A DNA stretch of 41,437 bases. Origin: Bacillota bacterium (GTDB taxonomy: Bacteria > Bacillota > Limnochordia > DTU087). Both the position numbers and the translations under genes were made by a program. The stretch is taken from positions 1-41,437 of the forward strand of contig JAAYGR010000170.1 of NCBI GenBank assembly GCA_012727675.1, read 5' to 3'. Shown here in pieces: positions 17,685 through 26,826 of the stretch. Within the stretch, counting starts at the first letter, position 1, and every line of letters starts with the position of its first letter. The notes under the pieces are model-generated. The model worked only from the letters and a program-made list of their open reading frames with translations, was not told the origin of the DNA and ran no database searches.

Positions 17685-17712
17685 AAGACGGCATTAACTG
17701 CCGTCTTTGTTG
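17685..17712 (+). terminator. Rho-independent terminator after the AKR gene
   Basis: A 9-bp stem AAGACGGCA/TGCCGTCTT with loop TTAAC, then TGTTG (a short U-tract). Confidence 0.55.
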
Positions 17713-17905
17713 ATCAGAAGTGATAGTCGGTCCATACTCCTCATCACGTTTTGTAATGCTTCGGGAGGAACTTTTGATTTCCACGGTAATTTAATAGATT
17801 ATAGGGTCTATTTTTATTTTAGCTATTAGTGAGCAGTGAAAAGTACATAAAGGCGTGGGGTAATCAGACAGAACCCTACGGTTCAGTTAGTCAAGGAGGT
17901 CAGTT

Positions 17906-19519
17906 ATGCTGGGCTGTCTGTCACCAGTGATAAACGAAGAAGCGGCTCTACTAGTACCTAAGGACTTGCGTCCGGTATTGGCTGCAGGTTTGGGTTTATT
18001 AATAATTAGGATAACAAAAATAGATATGCTGTGGCCCACTAGCTATGGAGTGTCACTTCATCTTCTGGTTAAAATGCTCGGCATCCACATCGCATTCTTG
18101 CTCTTTTACGTGGGATGGAATGTAGGGGTAAAGAGGCAAACACTAAGGGGTCTAGCCTTGAGTATTGCTTCCTTAATATTGGGACTGCTGAACACACTTC
18201 ATCTGCTTTCCTTGCCCATGATGCCGCCCCTAATCACGCCCAACAGTTTCAATAAGGCCACGTTGTTTTCAGCCCTATCTTCTGTGCTTTTGCCCATCCT
18301 GATCCTGATAATCTCTTTCCTGCCAGTTCGCAGAATAACAAGCTCAATGAGGCGGCTCTTTTTGGGAACTGGTTTGCTTTTCGCCGGGCTTTGCACAATT
18401 GCTGTTCTTTTCTATGAACAGGATCTTCCTAGATTTTTCATCGGTGAGGAGCCCGTTCGAAAGGCCGGTGCATACTTGGGCTTAGCAAGCTGCTGCTTCT
18501 CATTACTCTTGGGGGTCCGTTATGCTGAAATATACTCCAAGACCCATAAGGACGTACATAGGCAAATGATAATCTTAGCCGCTATGTGGGCTTTGAGTCA
18601 AGCCAGTTTTTTCTTCTTGACCTGTCGCTGGCAGTTTAGTTGTCTGGTCAGCCATGTGTACAGGCTGATGGTTTTGGGGTACATATATCAAGGAGTGGCG
18701 ATACCTTTTGGCAAGCGTCCCTACTGCAGTCTAGACAGGGCTCAAGAGCAGCTGCGGAGGACCCGGGGGCTGCGTACATTAGGTCGATTGGTGGGGCACC
18801 TTGCCCATGAGCTGAAAAATCCCCTCGCGGTAATTCGGGCCTCAGCTCAGCTGTTAGCCATACTGGATGACAGAGCAGAACGTCAGCGAGTGACCCAGAG
18901 CATCGAAGCCGAAGTAGACCGGCTTAGTGAGCTGATCTCTATTACCCTTGAAGTGGGTTGGGATCGGCCTGAGATGTGGGAACCTGTTAATGTGGCAGAG
19001 ATGGTCGATGAGCTAATCTCTTTGTGGGATGCGAAACTAGAACGGTTTGGAATAGGAAGCAAGGTATATCTAGAACCAACAATTCCGTTGATTCAAGGGG
19101 ATGCCAAGTTGCTGCACAGGGCTTTAGCCAATCTAATCGCCAATGCTGTAGATGCCATGCCAAATGGGGGAGAGCTTTCCATCGGACTGTTCCATGAAAA
19201 AGATCTGCACCGTGTCCGTATAGAGGTCTCGGACACCGGTTCAGGCATACCTGAGGAGATCCGGGGCCGTATCTTCCGGGAAATGGTGACAACTAAACCG
19301 AAAGGAACAGGATTAGGGCTGATGATCACCCATCAGATCATTTGTGCACTCCATCGGGGGGAGATCTGGTTCGAAACTATTCCGGGACAGGGCACTACGT
19401 TCATCATAAGACTCCCGATCCGGCGAGTGAGGCATCTGGCAGCCGTGGCGGAATCAACTGCTTCTGCTTTGATGCAAAATATAGATGATTATCTATGGGA
19501 TGAGGAGGTTGACATATGA
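17906..19519 (+). CDS. Sensor histidine kinase with an N-terminal ~280-aa multi-TM region joined directly to DHp and HATPase_c
   Basis: SD AAGGAGG lies before ATG 17906. The H-box is HLAHELKNPLAVI, the N-box LANLIANAVDAM, G1 DTGSGIP and G2 GTGLGL. I recognise no PAS, HAMP or GAF domain. Confidence 0.9.
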   Translation: MLGCLSPVINEEAALLVPKDLRPVLAAGLGLLIIRITKIDMLWPTSYGVSLHLLVKMLGIHIAFLLFYVGWNVGVKRQTLRGLALSIASLILGLLNTLHLLSLPMMPPLITPNSFNKATLFSALSSVLLPILILIISFLPVRRITSSMRRLFLGTGLLFAGLCTIAVLFYEQDLPRFFIGEEPVRKAGAYLGLASCCFSLLLGVRYAEIYSKTHKDVHRQMIILAAMWALSQASFFFLTCRWQFSCLVSHVYRLMVLGYIYQGVAIPFGKRPYCSLDRAQEQLRRTRGLRTLGRLVGHLAHELKNPLAVIRASAQLLAILDDRAERQRVTQSIEAEVDRLSELISITLEVGWDRPEMWEPVNVAEMVDELISLWDAKLERFGIGSKVYLEPTIPLIQGDAKLLHRALANLIANAVDAMPNGGELSIGLFHEKDLHRVRIEVSDTGSGIPEEIRGRIFREMVTTKPKGTGLGLMITHQIICALHRGEIWFETIPGQGTTFIIRLPIRRVRHLAAVAESTASALMQNIDDYLWDEEVDI

Positions 19520-20046
19520 CCAAAGATGTAGCTGATGCTATTCGAGAACGGCGAAGTATACGGCGTTTTACATCCGATGAAGTGCCCGATGCGACATTAT
19601 CCCGGTTATTGGAGGCAGCATGCCTGGCACCCAGTGCCGGCAACCGGCAGCCGTGGTTTTTCTACATAGTAAGGAACGCAGATGTCCGTCAGAACCTTGC
19701 TGAGGCCGCTTTCGGCCAGAAGTTTTTGGCTGAAGCACCGGTGGTGATTGTCATCTGTGCAGAGCCTGCCAGGAGCGGTGCCCGCTATGGAGAACGGGGG
19801 GCCGAGCTGTACTGCCTTCAGGATACAGCGGCAGCCGCTCAGAATTTGATGCTGATGGCAGCGGGATTGGGCCTTGCTACCTGCTGGGTGGGTGCCTTTG
19901 ACGAAGAAGCTGTTAGCGAGGTGTTGGACATACCCGACGGCTTTAGACCGGTAATCATGGTTCCCGTAGGTTACAGTAATCTGGTAGAACCGCCCAAGGC
20001 ACCTGCCCGCCGGCCCCTCTCTGAAGTAGTGAAGGTAGTAGATTAA
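19516..20046 (+). CDS. Nitroreductase family protein (176 aa)
   Basis: ATG 19516 overlaps the kinase stop (ATGA) and SD GAGGAGG lies 7 nt upstream. Family motifs are RRSIRRFT and APSAGNRQPW. Confidence 0.9.
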   Translation: MTKDVADAIRERRSIRRFTSDEVPDATLSRLLEAACLAPSAGNRQPWFFYIVRNADVRQNLAEAAFGQKFLAEAPVVIVICAEPARSGARYGERGAELYCLQDTAAAAQNLMLMAAGLGLATCWVGAFDEEAVSEVLDIPDGFRPVIMVPVGYSNLVEPPKAPARRPLSEVVKVVD

Positions 20047-20067
20047 GCAAGAAGGCACCGAAAGAGT

Positions 20068-20099
20068 GCAAGGAACTCCCAAGGTCCTTGCTTTGATTT
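20068..20099 (+). terminator. Probable rho-independent terminator after the nitroreductase gene
   Basis: A stem GCAAGGA/TCCTTGC (plus 2 inner base pairs) is followed by TTTGATTT. Confidence 0.55.
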
Positions 20100-20155
20100 G
20101 AATAATTATAATGCCAACTATAGCAAGAGCTATCTTCCCTAGAGGGGGTTACTTG

Positions 20156-21520
20156 ATGACAGGCAGAGAGCTAGTATTGGCGGCGCTCCGGCGGCAGGCA
20201 ACGCCCCGGGTGCCTTGGGTACCTTTCACCGGTGTGCATATCGGAAGCCTTAAAGGAGTTAACGCTGAGCAGCTGCTAAAAAGCGCTGATCTTTTGGTGG
20301 CCTGCGGCATCGAGGCTAACCAGCGGTATCAGCCAGATGGACAGCCGGTGATCTTCGACTTACAGGTGGAGGCCGAAATTCTCGGTTGTGAACTAAAATG
20401 GGCGAAGGATGCCCCGCCAGCTGTAGCAACCCATCCTTTGGCCGACGGCTATGAGAGACTTGGGGATCTGCCAATGCCCCGGCAGGAGGACGGAAGGCTT
20501 CCCATTATCCTAGAAGCCATGGGGGGCCTTAAGGAAAAAATCGGCCACAATACCGCACTATACGGGTTGGTAGTTGGTCCCTTCACTTTGGCGCTGCACC
20601 TTAGAGGCACTAATCTTTTTCTAGACATGTTTGATCAACCGGAAACTGTGAAGGAATTGATGGATTTTTGCCGCCGGGTGACAGAACAGGTGGCTGATTA
20701 CTATATTGATGCAGGCATGGATGTCATCGCCGTTGTGGATCCCATGATATCCCAAATATCTGCCGATCATTTCCAGGAGTTTGTAAGTGAAGCTGCCGTT
20801 CACATCTTTGATTTTATCAGACAGAGGGGCGCTTGCTCATCATTCTTTGTCTGCGGTAATGCAACACCGGTGCTGGAAGTTATGGCACAGTGCAAACCCG
20901 ATGGGATTTCGGTAGACGAGAACGTAGATTTGGGCTACGCTAAAGAGATTGCCGATAAGTATCAGGTATCCTACGGCGGCAATATTCCACTGACTACGGT
21001 AATGCTTTTGGGAAGCCCAGCTGATAACATGCAGTCGGCCCTGGAACTGATCGATGCCCACAGCGGGCCTGGCTTTATCTTGTCCCCTGGCTGCGATATG
21101 CCTTACAATGTGCCGCCGGAGAACGTCAGTGCAGTCAGCCTAGCAGTCTTTGACCCTGACAAAGCCAGGGTATTTGTGCAGAACAACAAGAAGGACAGAG
21201 ATATAGCGGAAATCGAAGTGGAGATTCCCGATTACGATAACTTGCCTGGAGTCTTAATCGAAGTGCTTACTCTGGATTCAGCTACTTGCCCGCCGTGCAA
21301 GTACATGGTTGATGCCACCAAGGAAGTAGCCAAGTTCTTTGAGGGCAACGTGGACTGGGTAGAGTATAAGATCACGGAGAAAGAGAATATCGTGCGGATG
21401 CAGCGCTTGGGGGTCACCAATATCCCTACCATTGTGATCAACGGCAGGCCAACCTTCGTATCGTATATCCCCGACCTTGCCACGTACAAGCAAGAAATTG
21501 AGAAGGTGTTGAAATCTTGA
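20156..21520 (+). CDS. URO-D family protein (MtaA/CmuA-type MT2 methyltransferase or uroporphyrinogen decarboxylase fold) fused to a C-terminal CPPC thioredoxin-fold domain
   Basis: SD GAGGGGG lies 7 nt before ATG 20156. The N-terminus LAALRRQATPRVPWVPF and the later motifs FFVCGN and SPGCDMP fit the URO-D fold. The C-terminal ~85 aa (LDSATCPPCKYM...NIPTIVINGRPTF) resemble small redox-active disulfide proteins. Confidence 0.75.
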   Translation: MTGRELVLAALRRQATPRVPWVPFTGVHIGSLKGVNAEQLLKSADLLVACGIEANQRYQPDGQPVIFDLQVEAEILGCELKWAKDAPPAVATHPLADGYERLGDLPMPRQEDGRLPIILEAMGGLKEKIGHNTALYGLVVGPFTLALHLRGTNLFLDMFDQPETVKELMDFCRRVTEQVADYYIDAGMDVIAVVDPMISQISADHFQEFVSEAAVHIFDFIRQRGACSSFFVCGNATPVLEVMAQCKPDGISVDENVDLGYAKEIADKYQVSYGGNIPLTTVMLLGSPADNMQSALELIDAHSGPGFILSPGCDMPYNVPPENVSAVSLAVFDPDKARVFVQNNKKDRDIAEIEVEIPDYDNLPGVLIEVLTLDSATCPPCKYMVDATKEVAKFFEGNVDWVEYKITEKENIVRMQRLGVTNIPTIVINGRPTFVSYIPDLATYKQEIEKVLKS

Positions 21521-22413
21521 TTGACGTAATCTTGCTGACCGGTTTTCTCGGCAGCGGCAAGACTACATTTCTCAATGAGATGCTGCCTGTGTTGGCTGGC
21601 AAATACCAGCGGACAGCAGTGGTAATGAACGAGTTCGGCAGTGTGGGTATCGACGGCAGCCTGGTGGACGACCACCCTACTAAACTAGTCGAACTGCAAA
21701 ACGGCTCCATCTTCTGTGTGTGCATCAGAGACAATTTTCTAGCGGCCATGGAAGAGCTTGCTGGAGATCTTAAGCCGGAGATGGTGGTTATCGAAGCAAC
21801 CGGCGTAGCTGATCCCTTTGAAATGGGGGATTTCCTGGCCTATCCGGAGCTTAGGGGAGCATACAGGCTCTTTGGGACCATAACTGTGGTGGATGCCGTC
21901 AATTTTCCCAAGGTGATCCAGACCATGAGAGCTGCTAGAGCCCAGGCTCAGGCGGCGGATGTGTTCGTGATTACCAAGACAGATTTGGTTGGGGAAGGTG
22001 AGTTGACGAGGCTCCGGGAGTTCTTGGCAGAGCTAAACGCTGATGCGGTGCAGCTTGCGGCTTCCTACGGCCGATTGAAGCCAGCGGGGTGGGATATGAT
22101 CTTGTCCCTGCCGGCGCAAGCCGAAAGACAGAGATACTTGGGAGAAAGGGTGCCGGCCCGGGATCCCATGGTATCTATTACAATCCCAGCAGGACCCTTT
22201 GCCGACACCGCGGAAGCCTGCGAACGAATCGCCGCCGCCCTACCTCTCAATGTCCTGAGGGCTAAAGGGTTTGTTGACATCGGAGGCAGGCCTCATCTGC
22301 TTCAATACACTATGGGGAAGACCGAGATTGCCTGCGCGGCAGGAGATGTTGGACCGGTGGGCCAGTTGGTGGTGATTGGGCTTAATCTTAGGCGGGAACA
22401 GATCGATATGTAA
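21517..22413 (+). CDS. G3E P-loop GTPase of the CobW/COG0523 family
   Basis: The TTG start overlaps the upstream TGA (TTGA). Walker A is GFLGSGKTT, the Walker B-like segment VVIEATGVADP and the NKxD-like segment VITKTDL. The CobW_C-like tail reads LRAKGFVDIGGRPHLLQYT. The Cys motif reads NGSIFCVC rather than GCxCC. Confidence 0.8.
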   Translation: MIDVILLTGFLGSGKTTFLNEMLPVLAGKYQRTAVVMNEFGSVGIDGSLVDDHPTKLVELQNGSIFCVCIRDNFLAAMEELAGDLKPEMVVIEATGVADPFEMGDFLAYPELRGAYRLFGTITVVDAVNFPKVIQTMRAARAQAQAADVFVITKTDLVGEGELTRLREFLAELNADAVQLAASYGRLKPAGWDMILSLPAQAERQRYLGERVPARDPMVSITIPAGPFADTAEACERIAAALPLNVLRAKGFVDIGGRPHLLQYTMGKTEIACAAGDVGPVGQLVVIGLNLRREQIDM

Positions 22414-22480
22414 GTTAAAAGCAGAGTGCTGTCCTACGTTGGGAGCTGCTCTGACAGCATAACCGATGATTGTCGAGGAA

Positions 22481-22513
22481 CCCATCCTAACTGCAGGATG
22501 GGCTCCTGCTTTT
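22481..22513 (+). terminator. Possible terminator after the GTPase gene
   Basis: An 8-bp stem CCCATCCT/AGGATGGG with a 6-nt loop; the TTTT run begins 7 nt after the stem. Confidence 0.45.
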
Positions 22514-22534
22514 AGCGACATTTCAGCATACTTC

Positions 22535-22543
22535 TGCTATAAT
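22535..22543 (+). promoter_or_regulatory. Extended -10 promoter element (TGcTATAAT) upstream of pncB
   Basis: TGCTATAAT lies about 65 nt upstream of ATG 22609. I see no good -35 element. Confidence 0.45.
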
Positions 22544-22608
22544 GTCTATGTTAAACCGGGTGCATCAGCCAGGCGCATCGGGGTTACATATAGCTGGGAG
22601 GTACAACA

Positions 22609-24075
22609 ATGAGCAGATATAACCTAACTATGGCAACAGACCTGTACCAGCTGACGATGGTCTATGGCTATTACAAGTCAGGTACGGCTCATCGCAAAGC
22701 TGTGTTCGATCTGTTTTTCCGCCGCTTGCCTTGGGGAAACGGATATGCTATAGCTGCCGGCCTTGAGCAGGCCATTGAATACTTGAACGAACTGCATTTT
22801 GCCAAGGATGATCTTGATTACTTGCGGAGTCTAGGGCTTTTTTCCGAAGATTTCCTCGATTATTTGGCGAAACTACAATTTACCGGGGATGTAGATGCGG
22901 TGGTAGAGGGAACTCCCATCTTTCCTAATGAGCCAATTATGCGAATTACGGCCCCGATAGCTCAAGCTCAGCTGCTTGAAACAAGCTTGGCGAGCATTAT
23001 CAATCATCAAACCCTCATTGCAACCAAGGCTGCACGAATTGTGAGCGCGGCCGAGGATACCGGGGTCATGGAGTTTGGTTTGCGGCGGGCCCAGGGACTT
23101 GGTGCTGGTCTGTATGGAAGCCGGGCAGCTTATATCGGCGGCTGCAGCGCTACCAGCAACGTGCTGGCAGGCAAGCTGTACGGCATTCCTGTCGCGGGTA
23201 CCCAAGCCCATTCTTGGGTTATGAGCTTTCCCGATGAGCTGACTGCTTTTCGAGCTTATGCTGAGGCGTATCCCGATGCCTGCCTTCTGCTGGTAGATAC
23301 CTATGATACCATCAGAAGTGGGGTTCCCAATGCGATTACAGTAGCCAAGGAGCTGGAAGCTAAAGGCCACAAATTCTTGGGAATACGTATAGACAGCGGC
23401 GACCTGGCATATTTGTCTAAAGTGGCCAGGGAAATGCTGGATGAAGCGGGGCTGGAGCACGCTATTATCGTAGGCTCCGGGGACCTGGACGAGAATCTAA
23501 TTCGGGATCTTAAGATTCAAGGAGCCAGAATAGACAGCTGGGGAGTGGGGACCAAGCTGATTACCGGTGATGACAATCCAGCTCTCGGCGGTGTCTACAA
23601 ATTGGTCGCTCTAGAAGAAAACGGCAAGATGGTTCCCAAGATTAAGGTCAGTGACAACGCTGAAAAGACCACCAATCCAGGGGTTAAGGATGTAGTCCGT
23701 TTCTACAGCACAGAGACCGGCAAAGCCTTGGCAGACCTGATAATTCTCGCCGATGAAAAAGTTCCTCCCCATGGACCTCTCACCATATTTGATCCGATAG
23801 ACACCTGGAAGCGGAAGACCTTGCGGAACTATGATAAGGAACGCCTGCTGGTGCCCATCTTCCGGAACGGTGAGCAAGTGTACCAATGCCCCTCGGTGCA
23901 GGAGATTCAGAATTATGCTGCCAAGCAGCTGGAGCATTTCTGGCCTGAATACAAGCGCCTGATCAATCCAGAAAAATACATCGTTGACTTAAGTGATCAA
24001 CTCTGGCATCTCAAACACGATATGATTAGGGAATTGAGAGCATCCTACAGCGAGAATAACTATCACGAGCAGTAG
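22609..24075 (+). CDS. pncB: Nicotinate phosphoribosyltransferase
   Basis: SD GGGAGG lies before ATG 22609. The N-terminus LTMATDLYQLTMVYGYYKSG, the motif GTQAHSWVM and a length of about 488 aa are typical of Firmicutes PncB. Confidence 0.9.
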   Translation: MSRYNLTMATDLYQLTMVYGYYKSGTAHRKAVFDLFFRRLPWGNGYAIAAGLEQAIEYLNELHFAKDDLDYLRSLGLFSEDFLDYLAKLQFTGDVDAVVEGTPIFPNEPIMRITAPIAQAQLLETSLASIINHQTLIATKAARIVSAAEDTGVMEFGLRRAQGLGAGLYGSRAAYIGGCSATSNVLAGKLYGIPVAGTQAHSWVMSFPDELTAFRAYAEAYPDACLLLVDTYDTIRSGVPNAITVAKELEAKGHKFLGIRIDSGDLAYLSKVAREMLDEAGLEHAIIVGSGDLDENLIRDLKIQGARIDSWGVGTKLITGDDNPALGGVYKLVALEENGKMVPKIKVSDNAEKTTNPGVKDVVRFYSTETGKALADLIILADEKVPPHGPLTIFDPIDTWKRKTLRNYDKERLLVPIFRNGEQVYQCPSVQEIQNYAAKQLEHFWPEYKRLINPEKYIVDLSDQLWHLKHDMIRELRASYSENNYHEQ

Positions 24076-24167
24076 GTCTATGGAGAACAGAGTAGATGAG
24101 GGAGACGGCAGTTCGGCCCGATACTCAAAGAGATAAACCAGCTAGACCAAATACATGATGGGGTGAA

Positions 24168-24758
24168 ATGATGCTGTATATTTTAGTGGTAGCGGCCCTT
24201 AGATTGCTTGTCCCCTTGATCTTTCGCATTCGAATTGAAGGCAAACTGCACATTCCCGAGGAAGGGGCAGTTGTATTAGCAGCCAACCACAAGAGTCTAT
24301 GGGATCCTATTTTCGTAGTCATGGCAAGTAGTCGTCCAGTACATTTCATGGCTAAAGAAGAACTATTTAGGATACCTATATTGGGGCGTATCTTGCCCCA
24401 TCTTAAGGCTTTTCCCGTACGCCGTGGCGATAATGACCGGAATGCCATTCGGCAGGCGCTGTCGGTTCTGCGGGAGGGGTCTGTCTTGGGGATCTTCGTT
24501 GAAGGCACCCGCAACAAGAATGAAAACGGCGAGCGGCTGCTGCCTCTGAAGCCGGGTGCAGCTATGCTGGCCAGTAAAGCCAATGCCCACATTGTGCCGG
24601 TGGCTATTCAGCGAATGAGACGTCGGATTACCGTGAAGATTGGTCAGCCCCTAACCCTTCCTTCCCAACTGACAGAGCGGAAGGAACGCTATGAGATGAT
24701 CAGCAGGGCGCTCCATGAGGTGTTAAGCCAAATGCTGGAGCCGCTGCCCCAAGGGTAG
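24168..24758 (+). CDS. plsC: 1-acyl-sn-glycerol-3-phosphate (lysophospholipid) acyltransferase
   Basis: The HX4D motif is NHKSLWD, with FVEGTRN and VPVAI blocks. The protein is 196 aa. The start is ATG 24168 or 24171. Confidence 0.8.
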   Translation: MMLYILVVAALRLLVPLIFRIRIEGKLHIPEEGAVVLAANHKSLWDPIFVVMASSRPVHFMAKEELFRIPILGRILPHLKAFPVRRGDNDRNAIRQALSVLREGSVLGIFVEGTRNKNENGERLLPLKPGAAMLASKANAHIVPVAIQRMRRRITVKIGQPLTLPSQLTERKERYEMISRALHEVLSQMLEPLPQG

Positions 24759-24854
24759 GCTGGACCTTGGGCAGTCTGGAAGCGGGGCCTCAAGGGGTCT
24801 TGTATTGTACGTGTCGCGATGGGGGATAACAGACTTGGCAAGGAGGAAGTCACC

Positions 24855-25823
24855 ATGAGTCAGGGACGGCCGAACATATTGATTGCTTACGGGTTGGATG
24901 ACAAGCTGCTCGCCCGGATAAAAGAAACCGCACCCAATGCCAGCTTGCGGGTCAAGCAACGGGAAACAGTTGCGGCAGAGGACATGGCATGGGCAGACAT
25001 CTTTTTCGGTTGGCCCCGCCGCAGATTCCTTAAGGAAGCGTCTGAGCTAAGCTGGATCCATCTGCCCAGTGCTGGTGCCGACGGCTACACAGATCCAGAG
25101 CTCTATGCACACCCTGAAGTGATTCTGACAAACTCCAGCGGCGTATATGGAGTCCCCATGGCAGAGCACGCCTTTGCCCTGATGCTGACCTTTAGCCGTA
25201 CTATTTATCGCTATCTTCGCTTTCAGCAGGAAAAGCGCTGGGAGAGGCTGCCGGACTCCGATGAGCTTTACGGCAAAAAGATTGGGATTCTCGGTCTCGG
25301 GGATATTGGCACAGAAATTGCTCTGAGAGCTAAAGCCTTCGGTATGGAGGTTTGGGGATACAAGCGCCGGATTACGGACAAGCCTTCCTATGTAGATCAT
25401 CTAGTCTCCGGCCCTGGTGGGCTACGGGAGCTCTTGGTGGCCAGTGACTATGTGGTGATAGTTCTGCCGTTGACTGCTGAGACGAGAAAGCTCATCGGCG
25501 AACAGGAGCTGAGCTGGATGCAGCCCCATGCCGTTCTCATCAATCTAGGCCGGGGTCCAATTGTGGACGAGCAGGCCTTAATCGATGCTCTTAAGTCGGG
25601 ACGCTTGGCAGGGGCTGGTCTAGATGTGTTCGAAGAGGAGCCGCTGCCTTCAACCAGCCCCTTGTGGGACATGTCTAATGTGATCATTACTCCCCACTCT
25701 GGGGGTATAACGCCGGAGGCTAACGGCAGGATAACGGAAATCTTTTGCCACAACTTGAGACTGTGGCTGGACGGCCGCAAAGATGAGATGAAAAACATCG
25801 TCGATCTAAAGGCAGGATACTAG
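24855..25823 (+). CDS. D-isomer-specific 2-hydroxyacid dehydrogenase family protein
   Basis: SD AAGGAGG lies 8 nt before ATG 24855. The NAD motif is GILGLGDIGTEIA, and the catalytic-region motifs are NLGRGPIVDE, DVFEEEPLP and ITPHSGG. Confidence 0.85.
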   Translation: MSQGRPNILIAYGLDDKLLARIKETAPNASLRVKQRETVAAEDMAWADIFFGWPRRRFLKEASELSWIHLPSAGADGYTDPELYAHPEVILTNSSGVYGVPMAEHAFALMLTFSRTIYRYLRFQQEKRWERLPDSDELYGKKIGILGLGDIGTEIALRAKAFGMEVWGYKRRITDKPSYVDHLVSGPGGLRELLVASDYVVIVLPLTAETRKLIGEQELSWMQPHAVLINLGRGPIVDEQALIDALKSGRLAGAGLDVFEEEPLPSTSPLWDMSNVIITPHSGGITPEANGRITEIFCHNLRLWLDGRKDEMKNIVDLKAGY

Positions 25824-25834
25824 GAGGTCGGATT

Positions 25835-26581
25835 CTAGACAGACAGCCAGTAATTGGCTAGATATAGAACCCAAAGGTGAGCTGGGTAGAAAACGTAGAA
25901 GAACCACTTAGCTGCTGGACTTCTACTCCCCAGCTCACCGTTGTATAGGAAGAAAAAAGGCAGGGCAAAGACCATCATCCACTGATAATCGTTTAGGAGG
26001 AACTGCTGTAAGCTGAAGCTGTATCTAAAGACTAAAGGCTGCTGCAAGGTGAGAGGACTGAGAAGGCTGGGCAGCAGCGCCCCTAGTATGTAGGAAGCAG
26101 CCAGGATGTCTTTTCTCTCCCGGAAGCGGTAGAAGACAGCAACCATCATAATTCCATATATATTGGCTTCTGTGAAGACCATGGCAACCATGATGAGGAA
26201 AATGACAGGCTTGAAGAGCTGACCATCTCCAGTCTCTTGGAGCTTGTGCCAGGCAGACATCAGTGCGACTCCCAGCCCGAGGGAGAAAAAGATGTTGTTA
26301 TACAGCCCTATATCGCTGGGGAATAGGTGTGTAAGAAGGCCGGAACCCAGCGCCATAATAACTCCCCCAGCCAAGAGCCGGGCGGCGTACCTTCCCCGGT
26401 CTCTAGTGTGGAAGAATCCCTCTACCGTCAGAAAAAAGAAAATGGGTGCAGACAGCCTTCCTAGATAGCGAAACCAGAGAGGCAGTGCGGGGAAAAATGC
26501 CCGCAAATGGTCCAAGACCATGAACAGCGCGGCAACGCATTTCAATTGGAAGTTAGTCAGCGAAATCGGTGCTCTTTTCAT
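25835..26581 (-). CDS. TraX family membrane protein
   Basis: The N-terminal motif LKCVAALFMVLDHL and about 7 TM segments fit TraX. The gene is convergent with the dehydrogenase gene, with only an 11-nt gap. Confidence 0.7.
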   Translation of the reverse strand: MKRAPISLTNFQLKCVAALFMVLDHLRAFFPALPLWFRYLGRLSAPIFFFLTVEGFFHTRDRGRYAARLLAGGVIMALGSGLLTHLFPSDIGLYNNIFFSLGLGVALMSAWHKLQETGDGQLFKPVIFLIMVAMVFTEANIYGIMMVAVFYRFRERKDILAASYILGALLPSLLSPLTLQQPLVFRYSFSLQQFLLNDYQWMMVFALPFFFLYNGELGSRSPAAKWFFYVFYPAHLWVLYLANYWLSV

Positions 26582-26826
26582 CGTTTTCTCCTCCAGAAGT
26601 CCCGCGGATGGTCAACCCTCACCGCAGCTCCATGACGTACATAATTGGTTATGCCATTGGGAGCTATGCAGATTTGCAGGTTTTGATTACCTTAAATTCT
26701 ATGCCACTTCTGCAGGTCCCTTGCCGTTAGTCTGGAATACTGATTCTAATACAAGAAGGACAGCGGTCTTATCGAGGCGGTCCAGTCAAGCTGTATCGAG
26801 GGAAGAAAGGAAGAAGGTGGAGACAG

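Noticed and set aside
20111-20155. The upstream ATG at 20111, which would extend the URO-D-like protein by 15 aa.
   Set aside because: It has no SD, whereas ATG 20156 has GAGGGGG at the right spacing and yields a family-typical N-terminus.
22873-23460. A 195-aa minus-strand ORF.
   Set aside because: It is antisense to pncB, whose identity is secure. It has no SD or domain signature.
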